From: Gammaproteobacteria bacterium
Lineage (GTDB): Bacteria > Pseudomonadota > Gammaproteobacteria > Eutrophobiales > Eutrophobiaceae
NCBI GenBank assembly: GCA_021773245.1
Contig: JAJFKK010000124.1
Span: forward strand, 31,336 to 95,335
Length of the DNA: 64,000 nt
Direction: 5' to 3'
The notes under the pieces are model-generated. The model was not told the origin of the DNA, did no database searches, and saw nothing but the letters and a program-made list of their open reading frames with translations. How positions within the stretch are numbered: position 1 is the stretch's first letter; every line of letters starts with the position of its first letter. Positions 10,066 through 20,149 of this stretch are shown here, piece by piece. The position numbers were made by a program, and so were the translations under genes.

Positions 10066-11048
10066 TAGACTACGCGAGCTCGTAATAAATCATGCATATT
10101 TAAAATACCTATTAATCTATTTTCGTCATTAACAACGACTAGCGCATTAATGCTATGTGATTCCATCAGCGCAAGCGCTGAAGCAGCAAGTGAATCGGCA
10201 GTGATGCTTTTTCCATCTTTTGTCATTACATCTTTAACGAGACAAGTTTTTACATCAATGCTTGAGTCGAGTGCTCGTCGCAAATCACCATCAGTAAAAA
10301 TGCCTAAAACATTATCATCATCATCAAGAATAGTTGTTATGCCTAAGCCTTTTTGCGTCATCTCAATGAGTGCTTCACTAAGCAAGGCTTGTTCAGAAAC
10401 TTTGGGAATGCCATCTCCAGTATGCATAATTTCACTAACATGCAGTAATAAACGCCGACCTAATGTTCCGCCAGGATGAGATAAAGCAAAATCGTTTTCA
10501 CTAAAGCCGCGTGCTTCAAGTAAAGCAATCGCGATTGCATCGCCCATCGCCAACGTTGCTGTTGTGCTTGCTGTTGGAGCAAGACCAAGTGGGCATGCTT
10601 CTTTGTTTACGCTCACATCAATATTAACCGTTGCTGATTTTGCCAATGTTGATTCGGAATTACCGGTTAGTGCGATCATTGGAGTGTTTAATCTTTTAAT
10701 GACGGGCAATAAAGCGATTACTTCATCTGTTTCCCCAGAATTGGATAGCACCATAACAATATCTTTACTGGTGATCATGCCCGAGTCACCATGACTGGCT
10801 TCGCCGGGATGAACAAAAAAAGCAGGGGTGCCAGTACTTGCTAAGGTTGCCGCAATTTTATTACCGATGTGTCCTGATTTGCCCATACCAATGACAATGA
10901 CACGTCCGTCACATTTGAGTATTTCATTACAAGCAGCAACAAACTTTTCATCAATACGATCAATTAAGCCTGCAAGTGCTGATTGCTCGGTTTTTATAAC
11001 CGCTTTTCCTAGCGTTTTAAGTTTGTCAGAACTAATTATTTCATTCAT
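10065..11048 (-). CDS. kdsD: Arabinose-5-phosphate isomerase (SIS plus tandem CBS)
   Basis: SIS domain GMGKSGHIG followed by CBS pair. Conserved position. Confidence 0.9.
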   Translation of the reverse strand: MNEIISSDKLKTLGKAVIKTEQSALAGLIDRIDEKFVAACNEILKCDGRVIVIGMGKSGHIGNKIAATLASTGTPAFFVHPGEASHGDSGMITSKDIVMVLSNSGETDEVIALLPVIKRLNTPMIALTGNSESTLAKSATVNIDVSVNKEACPLGLAPTASTTATLAMGDAIAIALLEARGFSENDFALSHPGGTLGRRLLLHVSEIMHTGDGIPKVSEQALLSEALIEMTQKGLGITTILDDDDNVLGIFTDGDLRRALDSSIDVKTCLVKDVMTKDGKSITADSLAASALALMESHSINALVVVNDENRLIGILNMHDLLRARVV

Positions 11049-11052
11049 TTTT

Positions 11053-12036
11053 TTATGTCAGAGCTATGCTTTGCGAGAACAACACATATTGATATGCGAA
11101 AAAACAAAACAATAGTATGGCTCCTTCAGGTCGTACAAGTTTACCCTTGCTTGTGATGAATACCATAGCGCCTATCAATAAAGTTAAGCCAATCATGGTT
11201 GGAAAATCTCGGTGTAAAACTTCTTCGGCGAAATAATCAGGGTTAATTAAAGTTGGGATGCCTAATACGGCAAGCATATTAAACATATTTGAGCCGATAA
11301 TATTGCCCACAGCAATGTCGGCCTCGTTTTTCTTTAAACTAATAATAGAGGCTGCAAGTTCAGGTAGGCTTGTGCCGATTGCGACAATAGTTAAACCTAT
11401 AACGAGATCCGGGACACCAAAAAATTCGGCGATAGAGACAGCGCCTCGTACTAGCAGGTCTGCCCCGAGTAATAACAAGACAAGCCCAATTAACAATTTC
11501 ATTATTGCTTTGCCTAATGCGTCCGGTTTGTTTGATTCATCGGAAAATTCTTGAGCAAATTCGGTTAGGAGAGGGTCGTCAGCACTGCTTCGTTTTGCAA
11601 TCCAAGTAATCCAGCTAATGGAAATAACAAGTGAGGCGAGCAATATTGCTGCATCAATTCGGCTAAGGTGGCCGTCTAGCATTACCGCAAGAGCAATCAT
11701 GGTGGCAGCACACATTAGCCCGTATTCTTTTTTTAATGTATTTGATGCAATCGTTATGGGGAAGATGAGCACACTAAAACCAAGAACTAAGCCGATATTA
11801 GTAATGTTAGAGCCGAGTGCATTACCAATAGCAATGGAGGTTTTGCCTTGCCAGGCAGAAACTGAGCCGACAATAATTTCAGGCGCGGAAGTGGCAAACC
11901 CAACAATTGTTAATCCAATTATTAACGGCGGCATACCTAATTGACGGGCTATGTTCGAAGCGCCATCAACAAAAATATCGGCGCCATATATAAGAAGTGC
12001 AAAGCCAATAAGAACTAATAAACATGAAACCAGCAT
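11053..12036 (-). CDS. yrbG: CaCA-family cation:proton antiporter (YrbG-like)
   Basis: 327 aa, two internal repeats with GNALGSNITN and GNIIGSNMFN alpha-repeat motifs. Confidence 0.8.
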   Translation of the reverse strand: MLVSCLLVLIGFALLIYGADIFVDGASNIARQLGMPPLIIGLTIVGFATSAPEIIVGSVSAWQGKTSIAIGNALGSNITNIGLVLGFSVLIFPITIASNTLKKEYGLMCAATMIALAVMLDGHLSRIDAAILLASLVISISWITWIAKRSSADDPLLTEFAQEFSDESNKPDALGKAIMKLLIGLVLLLLGADLLVRGAVSIAEFFGVPDLVIGLTIVAIGTSLPELAASIISLKKNEADIAVGNIIGSNMFNMLAVLGIPTLINPDYFAEEVLHRDFPTMIGLTLLIGAMVFITSKGKLVRPEGAILLFCFFAYQYVLFSQSIALT

Positions 12037-12165
12037 ATGCTAGCTATACTCCAATAAGAAAATTAACGAGATGATGCCAGAATAAGCGTGATCTGAGAAA
12101 TTTATAGTTATAGCCAAGATACTTAGGTTTTTACCTGAATCCGAAAAAATCATAGACTTCTAAGA

Positions 12166-12446
12166 GCCTGCTATTGTTTCATCTTTGTCTCTGTTGTCAT
12201 CGTAAAGGTGTCAATCACCAACAGTAGGCACTTTAGGCGAGGCGAGAGGAATGAGGTTTAGTCATTCTAAATGAATGACGAGCAACGTAGAGTGGCGCCT
12301 TTACGATGACAACCCGCAGGGCAGGGACTATTTTTGCACCCAGTGTCGTTGTCAATCACTCATGTAGAATACTACACTACGTTCTTTCCGCCTCACTGGG
12401 TGCAAAAATAGTCTCCAGCAGAGGTAAAGATGAAACAATAGCAGGC
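12166..12446. repeat. 281-bp nested inverted-repeat element (candidate MITE or structured RNA) in the yrbG/amgK divergent intergenic region
   Basis: 31-bp terminal inverted repeats (12166-12196 vs 12416-12446, about 28/31 matching) enclose two internal hairpins: 12193-12210/12297-12314 and an exact 19-bp pair 12327-12345/12394-12412. A small palindrome lies at 12261-12279 and direct repeat tgtcaatcac occurs at 12209 and 12350. Confidence 0.5.
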
Positions 12447-12475
12447 CCTGAGTTAAACTAATTATTAGACTTTGA

Positions 12476-13459
12476 ATGTCCAAACGTTATGAATCCTTGA
12501 AACACTGGTTAAGTGAAATACTTGAGACTAGTGACTTTGAATTAAAACCGGCATCGGAAGATGCCAGCTTCCGATCTTATTATCGTCTTTTCCTACAAGA
12601 CAAAACATTTATTGTTATGGATGCGCCGCCGCCGCAAGAAGACTGCAAACCCTTTGTAAAAGTAACCAATGCACTACTCGCCTGCGAGACAAATGTGCCG
12701 ACGATTCATAATCTGGATTTAGATCAGGGGTTTTTGCTCTTAGATGATTTTGGTGATGATTTATATCTCGATAAGCTCAATTCATCATCAGCAAATAAAC
12801 TATATTCTGATGCGATATCAGCATTAGCCGAGTTTCAGATATTGGCAGAAGTAAAAGAGTTGGATGACTATAATGAGCCTTTGTTACGGCGTGAAATGAG
12901 GTTGTTTACGGAATGGTTATTAGGAAAACATCTAAAGGTTGAACTGAGTAATGCCCAAACTAATTCAATGGCTTTGTTGTTTGATACGCTAGTGGATAAT
13001 GCACAGCAACAACCGCAAACCTTTGTTCATCGAGACTTTCACTCCAGAAACCTAATGATTACCAAAGCGAATAATCCCGGTATCATTGATTATCAAGATG
13101 CTGTTAATGGTCCGATTAGTTATGACCTCGTGTCTTTATTAAAGGATTGTTATATTAAATGGTCTAAAAATGAAATTAATGGTTGGCTTGAATATTATCT
13201 GAATCAACTTTCGCAGCGTGGATTTGAAGTTGACCGCGAGCAATTTCAGCGTTGGTTTGATTTAATGGGTGTTCAGCGTCATTTAAAAGCCAGCGGTATT
13301 TTTGCGAGGCTGTCTCATCGAGATGGTAAGCATGAGTATTTAAAAGATGTTCCACGAACGCTTTCTTATATCATTGACCTGCAAGAGGATTACCAAGAGT
13401 TAGTCCCATTGTGTTTAATAATAGAAGAATTTGTTTTGCCAAAGCTTGAGGAAACATAA
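12476..13459 (+). CDS. amgK: N-acetylmuramate/N-acetylglucosamine kinase (aminoglycoside phosphotransferase fold)
   Basis: APH-like kinase fold with HRDFHSRN catalytic motif. Paired with a downstream nucleotidyltransferase as in Pseudomonas amgK-murU. Confidence 0.8.
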   Translation: MSKRYESLKHWLSEILETSDFELKPASEDASFRSYYRLFLQDKTFIVMDAPPPQEDCKPFVKVTNALLACETNVPTIHNLDLDQGFLLLDDFGDDLYLDKLNSSSANKLYSDAISALAEFQILAEVKELDDYNEPLLRREMRLFTEWLLGKHLKVELSNAQTNSMALLFDTLVDNAQQQPQTFVHRDFHSRNLMITKANNPGIIDYQDAVNGPISYDLVSLLKDCYIKWSKNEINGWLEYYLNQLSQRGFEVDREQFQRWFDLMGVQRHLKASGIFARLSHRDGKHEYLKDVPRTLSYIIDLQEDYQELVPLCLIIEEFVLPKLEET

Positions 13460-13463
13460 TTAA

Positions 13464-14126
13464 ATGCATGCAATGATTTTAGCTGCAGGGCGTGGTGAAC
13501 GAATGCGTCCTTTGACTGATAAGATTCCCAAGCCATTGTTAGAAGTTGCAGGTAAAGCGTTAATTGTTCATCAGGTAGAAGCGCTTGAATCTGCCGGTGT
13601 CAAAAATATTGTTATTAATACAGGCCATTTTGGCGAGCAAATTCAGTATGAGCTTGGTACCGGGGCAGCATTTGGCGTGGATATTCTCTATTCAGATGAA
13701 GGCGACAACATACTCGAAACAGCAGGCGGTATTATTAAAGCGTTGCCGTTATTAGGCGATGATCCCTTCATTGTTACTAATGCGGATATCTTTACTGATT
13801 TTAATTATCGATCTTTGCCTGAGGAGCCTGACTTTGATGCGCATCTCGTATTAGTGGATAACCCGCCACACAATCCGCAAGGTGATTTTGCTTTTGAAAA
13901 TGGTCGTATTATTGAACAAGGCAGCAAGAAATTAACTTATAGTGGTATCGCTGTTTTTTATCCGCACTTCTTCGAAAGTTCCAGTCCAGGTCGCGCTTCC
14001 CTTGCGCCTTTATTGCATCGCGCTATAAAAACTGGCGGATTAGGTGGCCAGCATTTCATGGGCATATGGAATGATATTGGCACGCCATCTCGCCTCAAGG
14101 AGATAAATGAAAATATAGCGAATTAA
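13464..14126 (+). CDS. murU: N-acetylmuramate alpha-1-phosphate uridylyltransferase
   Basis: MHAMILAAGRGERMRPLTDKIPKPLL nucleotidyltransferase G-loop. 5 bp after amgK. Confidence 0.8.
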   Translation: MHAMILAAGRGERMRPLTDKIPKPLLEVAGKALIVHQVEALESAGVKNIVINTGHFGEQIQYELGTGAAFGVDILYSDEGDNILETAGGIIKALPLLGDDPFIVTNADIFTDFNYRSLPEEPDFDAHLVLVDNPPHNPQGDFAFENGRIIEQGSKKLTYSGIAVFYPHFFESSSPGRASLAPLLHRAIKTGGLGGQHFMGIWNDIGTPSRLKEINENIAN

Positions 14127-14316
14127 GAAAGTAAGTGCCAACTTTCATTTTCAAGCCGGTTTTTCTAGATTGAATCTTTTTGTCGCATTCACTGTCTAAT
14201 TGTTGCGATGCAACATATAGCGTGATACGGTTCACACTATGATAAAGCTGGTTTCTATATATTGTAGTTCCAAATATTTATACCACTATATATAGAATAA
14301 GCGCGTTAAAGAGAGT

Positions 14317-16563
14317 ATGATTCGCGCCAATTTCAGCCGTTTTGTCGTTAATTTAATACAATCCGATTTGAATTTAATGAAAATTATTTGTTCGCATAAA
14401 TTTGGCTTAAGTTTAAGAGTCCTGCTCCTCGCATTAATTGCGCCAGCATCAATTCAGGCTAATGAAAAAATTGCGGACATTGATTTCTGTCAGGTGCCGG
14501 ATGCTGCTTATCAACAGCTGGATGTATCTGAAACTTATTCTTCACTAGAAAATCTTCACGACGTTAAAACAATTAATGAACGCGGCATGTTGCGTGTTTT
14601 GTTACATAAGAAAAAAAATGACTGCACTATTAGTCAGACAGAACAGCAACTCATTCAAGAATTTACAAATATTCATGACCTAGATCTGATCTGGATCTAT
14701 GTTGAAAACGATTGGGAGTTACTTCCAGAGCTGATAAAGGGTAACGGTGATATTATTGTTGCTCAGGATCAAAGTCTATCCGCGAGCATTGAAGATGAAG
14801 TCAATTTCAGTCATTCATGGGCTAATGCAACATACAAAGTGGTTGGTCGTGCTGATAACAGTCGAATTAGTCGTTTTGAAGATCTTTCTGGGCGCCAGGT
14901 TGTTGCATATAAAGACTCCCCTGTCTGGAATACCTTAGTTGAATTATCTGAGTCGCAAACGGGACTGGTTTTAAAAGAAATTCCATCGACGCTATCTTAT
15001 CTAGAAGTTATGGATCGTATTAAAACGGGAGAATATGACTTGGCAGTTGCTGATAGTCTTTTCCTTGATACGTTTTTACCTTTGAACACAGAGTTACAAG
15101 CGAGCTTTAGTTTATCGAATGAACGAAATATGGCTTGGGCAGTAAGAACAGACGATAAAGAATTACACAAAACATTAAATCAATATTTGAATCAACAACA
15201 TGTGACGCATGACGTTGCCAGCACCCATTTTGATGATCTTGCCTTAATAAAAGATAGAGGTGTGTTGCGCGTTATAACCAGCGGGAATCCATCACACTAT
15301 TATCTGGACGAAGGCAAGTTACGTGGGTTTGAATATGAATTGTTAAATGAATTTGCCTCAGAACACATGCTTCGTCTTGATGTTGTCTTAGCGAATTCAC
15401 AAGAAGAAATGTTCACATTACTTACAGAAGGCAAAGGTGATGTGATTGCTGCTTCTTTACCTGGCAGCTTGATTGCGGAAAAAGATTCAATCGAATATAG
15501 CGAAGCATATCATTATGCCAGTCCTGTAATCGTTGGTCGTGATACCGATAACGCGATAATCGACATCCGTGATTTAGCAGGAAGAAGAATAACATTAGCT
15601 GAAGATAGTCCGTATTGGGATTACATGATGCAACTTAAACAGCAAGGCATAGAGTTTGACTTAGTTAAGGCCGATACCGGTGTAAACATGGAAGGCGCAT
15701 TATTGATGATTGCCTTAGGCATGTATGATTTGACTGTTGTTGGAAACCATCAAGTCGAATCAGCATACACAAAAGGAATAGGTATAAGAACACAGCTTGT
15801 GCTGACAGAGCCACTAGCACATCGTTGGGCCGTAAGGACTGAAGATCAGCAATTAAATAATGCATTGAATGAATATATTGAACAAACATTTCGAAGTGAA
15901 AAATATAATGTGTTACATGCAAAATATTTTGAACAGGCAAAAATACTAAATAACAATGATAGAGTTACTACATTTAGTTCCTTGTCGCCTTATGATGAAT
16001 TAACTCAACGCTATGCCGATGAATATGGTTTTGACTGGCGTTTGATTACTGCCTTGATGTTTCAGGAAAGTCAGTTTGACCCACAAGCAACATCTTATGC
16101 TGGCGCAGAAGGGTTAATGCAATTAATTCCGGCAACAGCCGAATTCATGGGAGTTAGCGATACTCGTAATGTGGACAGCAGTATTAATGCTGGTATTCGT
16201 TATCTGGATTATTTAAGAGCTAAGTTTGAAGACACATTATTGTTGGAAGACCGTATGTGGTTTACGCTTGCTTCCTACAATGCCGGTTATGGTCGTGTGA
16301 AACGTGCGCGGATACTGGCAGAAGAAATGGGCCTAGATAAGAATCAGTGGTTTGATAATGTTGAATTAGCGATGATGAAGCTTGCTAAGCCGTATATAAA
16401 AAATGGTGAAGAAGTTCGTTATTGTCGTTGTGGCCAAACGGTTGTTTATGTTCGTGAAATACGCACACGTTATTTCAATTACATACGTTTAGTAGAAACA
16501 CAAATGATCGCAAGACTTTCTCCGTCGGAAAGAAAAACGAACTATATTAGATCTATAAACTAA
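14317..16563 (+). CDS. mltF: Membrane-bound lytic murein transglycosylase F (two SBP-like domains plus SLT domain)
   Basis: 748 aa. C-terminal SLT catalytic region ESQFDP...GAEGLMQLIP. True start may be the internal Met at about 14377 (MKIICSHKF signal peptide). Confidence 0.85.
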   Translation: MIRANFSRFVVNLIQSDLNLMKIICSHKFGLSLRVLLLALIAPASIQANEKIADIDFCQVPDAAYQQLDVSETYSSLENLHDVKTINERGMLRVLLHKKKNDCTISQTEQQLIQEFTNIHDLDLIWIYVENDWELLPELIKGNGDIIVAQDQSLSASIEDEVNFSHSWANATYKVVGRADNSRISRFEDLSGRQVVAYKDSPVWNTLVELSESQTGLVLKEIPSTLSYLEVMDRIKTGEYDLAVADSLFLDTFLPLNTELQASFSLSNERNMAWAVRTDDKELHKTLNQYLNQQHVTHDVASTHFDDLALIKDRGVLRVITSGNPSHYYLDEGKLRGFEYELLNEFASEHMLRLDVVLANSQEEMFTLLTEGKGDVIAASLPGSLIAEKDSIEYSEAYHYASPVIVGRDTDNAIIDIRDLAGRRITLAEDSPYWDYMMQLKQQGIEFDLVKADTGVNMEGALLMIALGMYDLTVVGNHQVESAYTKGIGIRTQLVLTEPLAHRWAVRTEDQQLNNALNEYIEQTFRSEKYNVLHAKYFEQAKILNNNDRVTTFSSLSPYDELTQRYADEYGFDWRLITALMFQESQFDPQATSYAGAEGLMQLIPATAEFMGVSDTRNVDSSINAGIRYLDYLRAKFEDTLLLEDRMWFTLASYNAGYGRVKRARILAEEMGLDKNQWFDNVELAMMKLAKPYIKNGEEVRYCRCGQTVVYVREIRTRYFNYIRLVETQMIARLSPSERKTNYIRSIN

Positions 16564-16589
16564 TTTTAGTTTTATAAACGCTACTAAAT

Positions 16590-16826
16590 CTATTCCGAAA
16601 GTAGTCTTAGTAAGCTTTGAGCGTGATTTGCCGCTACAAGCCCTCTGTCAGTAAGATAGCCGCCATCAACATGATCCGTTAAGCCTTTTTCAAAAAGCCG
16701 TGCAGCAGCATCAACAGTTTCTTTAGCAGCTTCGTGAGAATGAACTTTTAATCCACTAGCTGTTGAACCAAGATCAAATTGACTTAATAGTTTAATTTCT
16801 TCCATCTTTTCATTTGTATGATGCAT
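16590..16826 (-). CDS. Hypothetical protein (78 aa)
   Basis: ORF only. No family recognised. Confidence 0.4.
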   Translation of the reverse strand: MHHTNEKMEEIKLLSQFDLGSTASGLKVHSHEAAKETVDAAARLFEKGLTDHVDGGYLTDRGLVAANHAQSLLRLLSE

Positions 16827-16875
16827 AGTCTTTCCTCTTCTGAACTGATGAATGATGACATTATTTTATACTAAG

Positions 16876-17244
16876 TTATTCATTGTATGTTTCTAAATTA
16901 TTCGATTTTGTTTCAAATAAAGGGGTTCCTTCAGAATCGACAATGCAGCTATAAAATTCGAGGGAAAATCGATTTAACTCTGCCTCGTTATCTTGATCAT
17001 TTAAGTACTGACGCCAGTTACTGCTTTCCATGCAACCTTTAATCTGAGTCTTGACCGTAGTGATACATGTTTTGTTGTTATCGCCACAGAGTTTTATTAA
17101 GTCGTGTTCGAGTGTCTTTCTAAATGCAAATTCTTCAATTTGTTGTTCACTGCAGCCAAAAGTGAACAAGAAAATAAACAATAAAGATATTATTCCCATT
17201 GGTAACAGTATGTTATCTGGTCGCGGTTTCGTATATTTCTCCAC
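16876..17244 (-). CDS. Hypothetical Cys-rich lipoprotein (122 aa)
   Basis: Signal peptide with lipobox LFTFGC. Several Cys residues. No family recognised. Confidence 0.45.
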   Translation of the reverse strand: MEKYTKPRPDNILLPMGIISLLFIFLFTFGCSEQQIEEFAFRKTLEHDLIKLCGDNNKTCITTVKTQIKGCMESSNWRQYLNDQDNEAELNRFSLEFYSCIVDSEGTPLFETKSNNLETYNE

Positions 17245-17262
17245 TCTATTTCAATAATACTG

Positions 17263-17940
17263 TTATTTATAAAGTGTCGGATCAATTAATAGTGCAGCTT
17301 CAAATCCTTCTTTTCTAAAACGGCAGGAATCACAAACGCCGCAGGCTTTCCCTTCATCATCGGCTTGATAACAGGATACAGTTAATGCGTAATCTACATT
17401 AAGCGTGCTTCCTTTTTTTATGATATCTGCTTTGCTTAACTCAATGAGTGGCGTGTGTATTTTGAATGAAGCCCCTTCGACGCCTGCTTTTGTTGCTAAC
17501 GTCGCCAGCTGTTCATAGGCTTTAATATATTCGGGTCTGCAATCAGGATAGCCTGAATAATCAATCGCATTTACTCCGATAAAGATATCATTAGCATCAA
17601 TAACCTCTGCCCAAGCTAAAGCATAACTTAAAAATATAGTATTTCGTGCTGGCACATAGGTGACAGGAATCCCTTCAGAAGCTTCTTCAGGTACATCAAT
17701 AGAAGAATCTGTTAGTGCTGATCCACCAATTTGTCCCATATCAAGATGGATAGTTTTGTGATCAATGACATCAAATGATTCAGCTACTTTTATAGCCGCG
17801 TTTAATTCGCTTATATGTCGTTGCCCATAATCAAAGCTTAAGGCATAACAATCAAAGCCAAGATCTTTTGCGATGGCTAATGTAGTCGTTGAATCAAGTC
17901 CTCCTGAAACGAGAACGATAGCTTTGTTAAAATTGGTCAC
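17263..17940 (-). CDS. queC: 7-cyano-7-deazaguanine synthase
   Basis: [13 protein letters not shown]-loop and C-terminal Zn-binding cysteines CGVCDSC. Confidence 0.9.
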   Translation of the reverse strand: MTNFNKAIVLVSGGLDSTTTLAIAKDLGFDCYALSFDYGQRHISELNAAIKVAESFDVIDHKTIHLDMGQIGGSALTDSSIDVPEEASEGIPVTYVPARNTIFLSYALAWAEVIDANDIFIGVNAIDYSGYPDCRPEYIKAYEQLATLATKAGVEGASFKIHTPLIELSKADIIKKGSTLNVDYALTVSCYQADDEGKACGVCDSCRFRKEGFEAALLIDPTLYK

Positions 17941-17981
17941 GGTATTTAAAAATAATTAGTTTAAAGAAAAATAAATTTAAT

Positions 17982-18668
17982 TTATTTGCCGGGAACATTG
18001 CCCCACAAATATTTATGAAGTTGTACTTGCATACGAACATTCAAACGATCATCTAATATCCAATTAGCTAAGTCAGTTGAGTTTTGTGTTTCGTGTGCAG
18101 GTGAAAAAAGAACTTCACAATAGTCTGTTAATTTAAACTCGTTTAGTTTTTGTTTTGCCCATTCATAATCAGCTTGATTACAAATAACAAATTTTATCTG
18201 ATCGGTTTTATTCAGGTATTCAAGGTTTTCAAATTTGTTTTTAGCTTCTTCTTCTGAAGCGGGTGTTTTAATATCGACTATTTTCATGACACGTTCATCA
18301 ACATTAGCAATATCAATAGCGCCACTGGTCTCTAAAGAAACGTCATAACCTTCATCGCAAAGTCTGGCGAGTAATTCATGACAAGCACGTTGTGCTAATG
18401 GCTCGCCACCGGTGACGGTGACGTGTTTAGCACGATATTGGCTTACCTCTTGAATGATGTCGTTTATAGTGTTCTTTTCCCCTTCATGAAAAGCGTAGGC
18501 CGTATCGCAATACTGACAGCGAAGAGGGCAGCCTGTTAAACGAATGAAGATTGTTGGTAAACCAACCTTGGTGGATTCTCCCTGAAGAGAATAAAAAATT
18601 TCATTAATGCGTAACTCAGACGAAGTTTGATCTTGCGCTTTTGAGTCAGGTTGAGCGCCGGGTTTCAT
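17982..18668 (-). CDS. queE: 7-carboxy-7-deazaguanine synthase (radical SAM)
   Basis: CPLRCQYCDT radical-SAM cluster motif. Adjacent to queC. Confidence 0.9.
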   Translation of the reverse strand: MKPGAQPDSKAQDQTSSELRINEIFYSLQGESTKVGLPTIFIRLTGCPLRCQYCDTAYAFHEGEKNTINDIIQEVSQYRAKHVTVTGGEPLAQRACHELLARLCDEGYDVSLETSGAIDIANVDERVMKIVDIKTPASEEEAKNKFENLEYLNKTDQIKFVICNQADYEWAKQKLNEFKLTDYCEVLFSPAHETQNSTDLANWILDDRLNVRMQVQLHKYLWGNVPGK

Positions 18669-18669
18669 T

Positions 18670-19515
18670 TTAAGTGTTAGGTTCTTTTGCGGAACCTATC
18701 TTTCTTAAGCGATCATCAGCAAGTCGTGCTGCAGTCGTTCCAGGGTATTGTGTTTTTACTTCTTCTAGGGTTTTATGTGCATCATCGGCATTGCCCAACT
18801 CATCATAGCTATAACCAATTTTTAATAAGGCATGTGATGCTTTTTTGCTATTTGGAAAAGTATTTATCAATGCTTGATATTCATTAATTGCTAATTCGTA
18901 TTTTTGCAATACGTAGTTGGTTTCACCTAACCAATACTGTGCGTTATCACAGAAAGCACTATCTGGATAATCTTTTATAAAAGATTTAAACGCGACATGG
19001 GCTTGATCATACTGAGACTCTTTGAGCAATTTAAATGCTTTTTGATAAACAGCTTCAGCTTTTGCTGGATCGACAGGCTCCATATCAGTATTTTCTTCAG
19101 TTGCTATGGTTTCTTCTGTATCGGTTGTTGCTTCCTGACCACCTTCAGTTTCTGGTGTAGCAGGCTCATTATCATTGCTTGCAGCAGGTTTGTTTGACTC
19201 TATACGTTGTAGGCGTTTATCAACATCCGTATATAAATCACGTTGCTTATTTTTAAGCTGATCTATGGTATGTGTTTGTACTTCAATTTGGCCGCGTAGT
19301 GTACTTACTTCAACTTTTAATGACTCTAATAATTCAAGCATATCTAGTAGTGCTTTATTATTAAGCGACTTTTCTATTTTTGACAGACGTCCGTTAATGT
19401 CTTCGGTTATCGGTTCAAATACTGGAGCCTTGTCTTTATTTGTTTCTGTCTCTCCTGCCAATGCAGCATTAAAAATAAAAAAGCTAATTAAACAAAGTAA
19501 AAGTCGCATACACAT
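18670..19515 (-). CDS. cpoB: Tol-Pal system protein CpoB/YbgF (coiled coil plus TPR)
   Basis: Signal peptide, coiled-coil N-domain, C-terminal TPR. Located after pal. Confidence 0.85.
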   Translation of the reverse strand: MCMRLLLCLISFFIFNAALAGETETNKDKAPVFEPITEDINGRLSKIEKSLNNKALLDMLELLESLKVEVSTLRGQIEVQTHTIDQLKNKQRDLYTDVDKRLQRIESNKPAASNDNEPATPETEGGQEATTDTEETIATEENTDMEPVDPAKAEAVYQKAFKLLKESQYDQAHVAFKSFIKDYPDSAFCDNAQYWLGETNYVLQKYELAINEYQALINTFPNSKKASHALLKIGYSYDELGNADDAHKTLEEVKTQYPGTTAARLADDRLRKIGSAKEPNT

Positions 19516-19531
19516 AAGCCATCAATAATTA

Positions 19532-20071
19532 TTAATATAAAATCTCAACCCGTCGATTTTGTTGCCAGGAAGATTCATCATGTCCATCAATTGCAGGTCG
19601 TTCTTCACCATAGCTGACTAATCTAATTTGGCTTGAAGATGCCCCTAATATCAACATTTGCTGTTTGACTGCTTGAGCACGACTTTCACCGAGCGCCAGA
19701 TTATATTCACGTGATCCACGTTCATCCGCATGCCCTTCTAGTGTAATAGTTGTTGAAGGGTTTTGGCTTAGATAAGCTGCATGTGCCTCAATAGCTGAGC
19801 GATATTCGGAACTTATTTCGTTACTATTGTATTCGAAATAAATGATACGAATTGATAAGGCACTTTGTGGATCGTCAAGTGCATCAAAACCAGAAGTTGA
19901 GTTGTCATCAGTACCATAAGCCTGAGCGCCACTCTCATCAGTTACGTTGACATTGGCGGCATTGCTACTGAGGTCTTCTACAGTTACAGGTTCTTCTTCT
20001 TTAACTTGCTCGTTGCTACAGCCAAAAAGTAGGCCAGCTAAACTTACAACTAATAATAAGCGGATAGACAT
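19532..20071 (-). CDS. pal: Peptidoglycan-associated lipoprotein
   Basis: Lipobox LFGCS and OmpA-like C-domain with NRRVEI. Confidence 0.9.
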   Translation of the reverse strand: MSIRLLLVVSLAGLLFGCSNEQVKEEEPVTVEDLSSNAANVNVTDESGAQAYGTDDNSTSGFDALDDPQSALSIRIIYFEYNSNEISSEYRSAIEAHAAYLSQNPSTTITLEGHADERGSREYNLALGESRAQAVKQQMLILGASSSQIRLVSYGEERPAIDGHDESSWQQNRRVEILY

Positions 20072-20149
20072 ATTTTTTCTCCTTCCCAGTCTTAATATAG
20101 ACTGCTAATTAAACAGCATAACATTCAAAAGCCAGCATTATAAAGTGGC

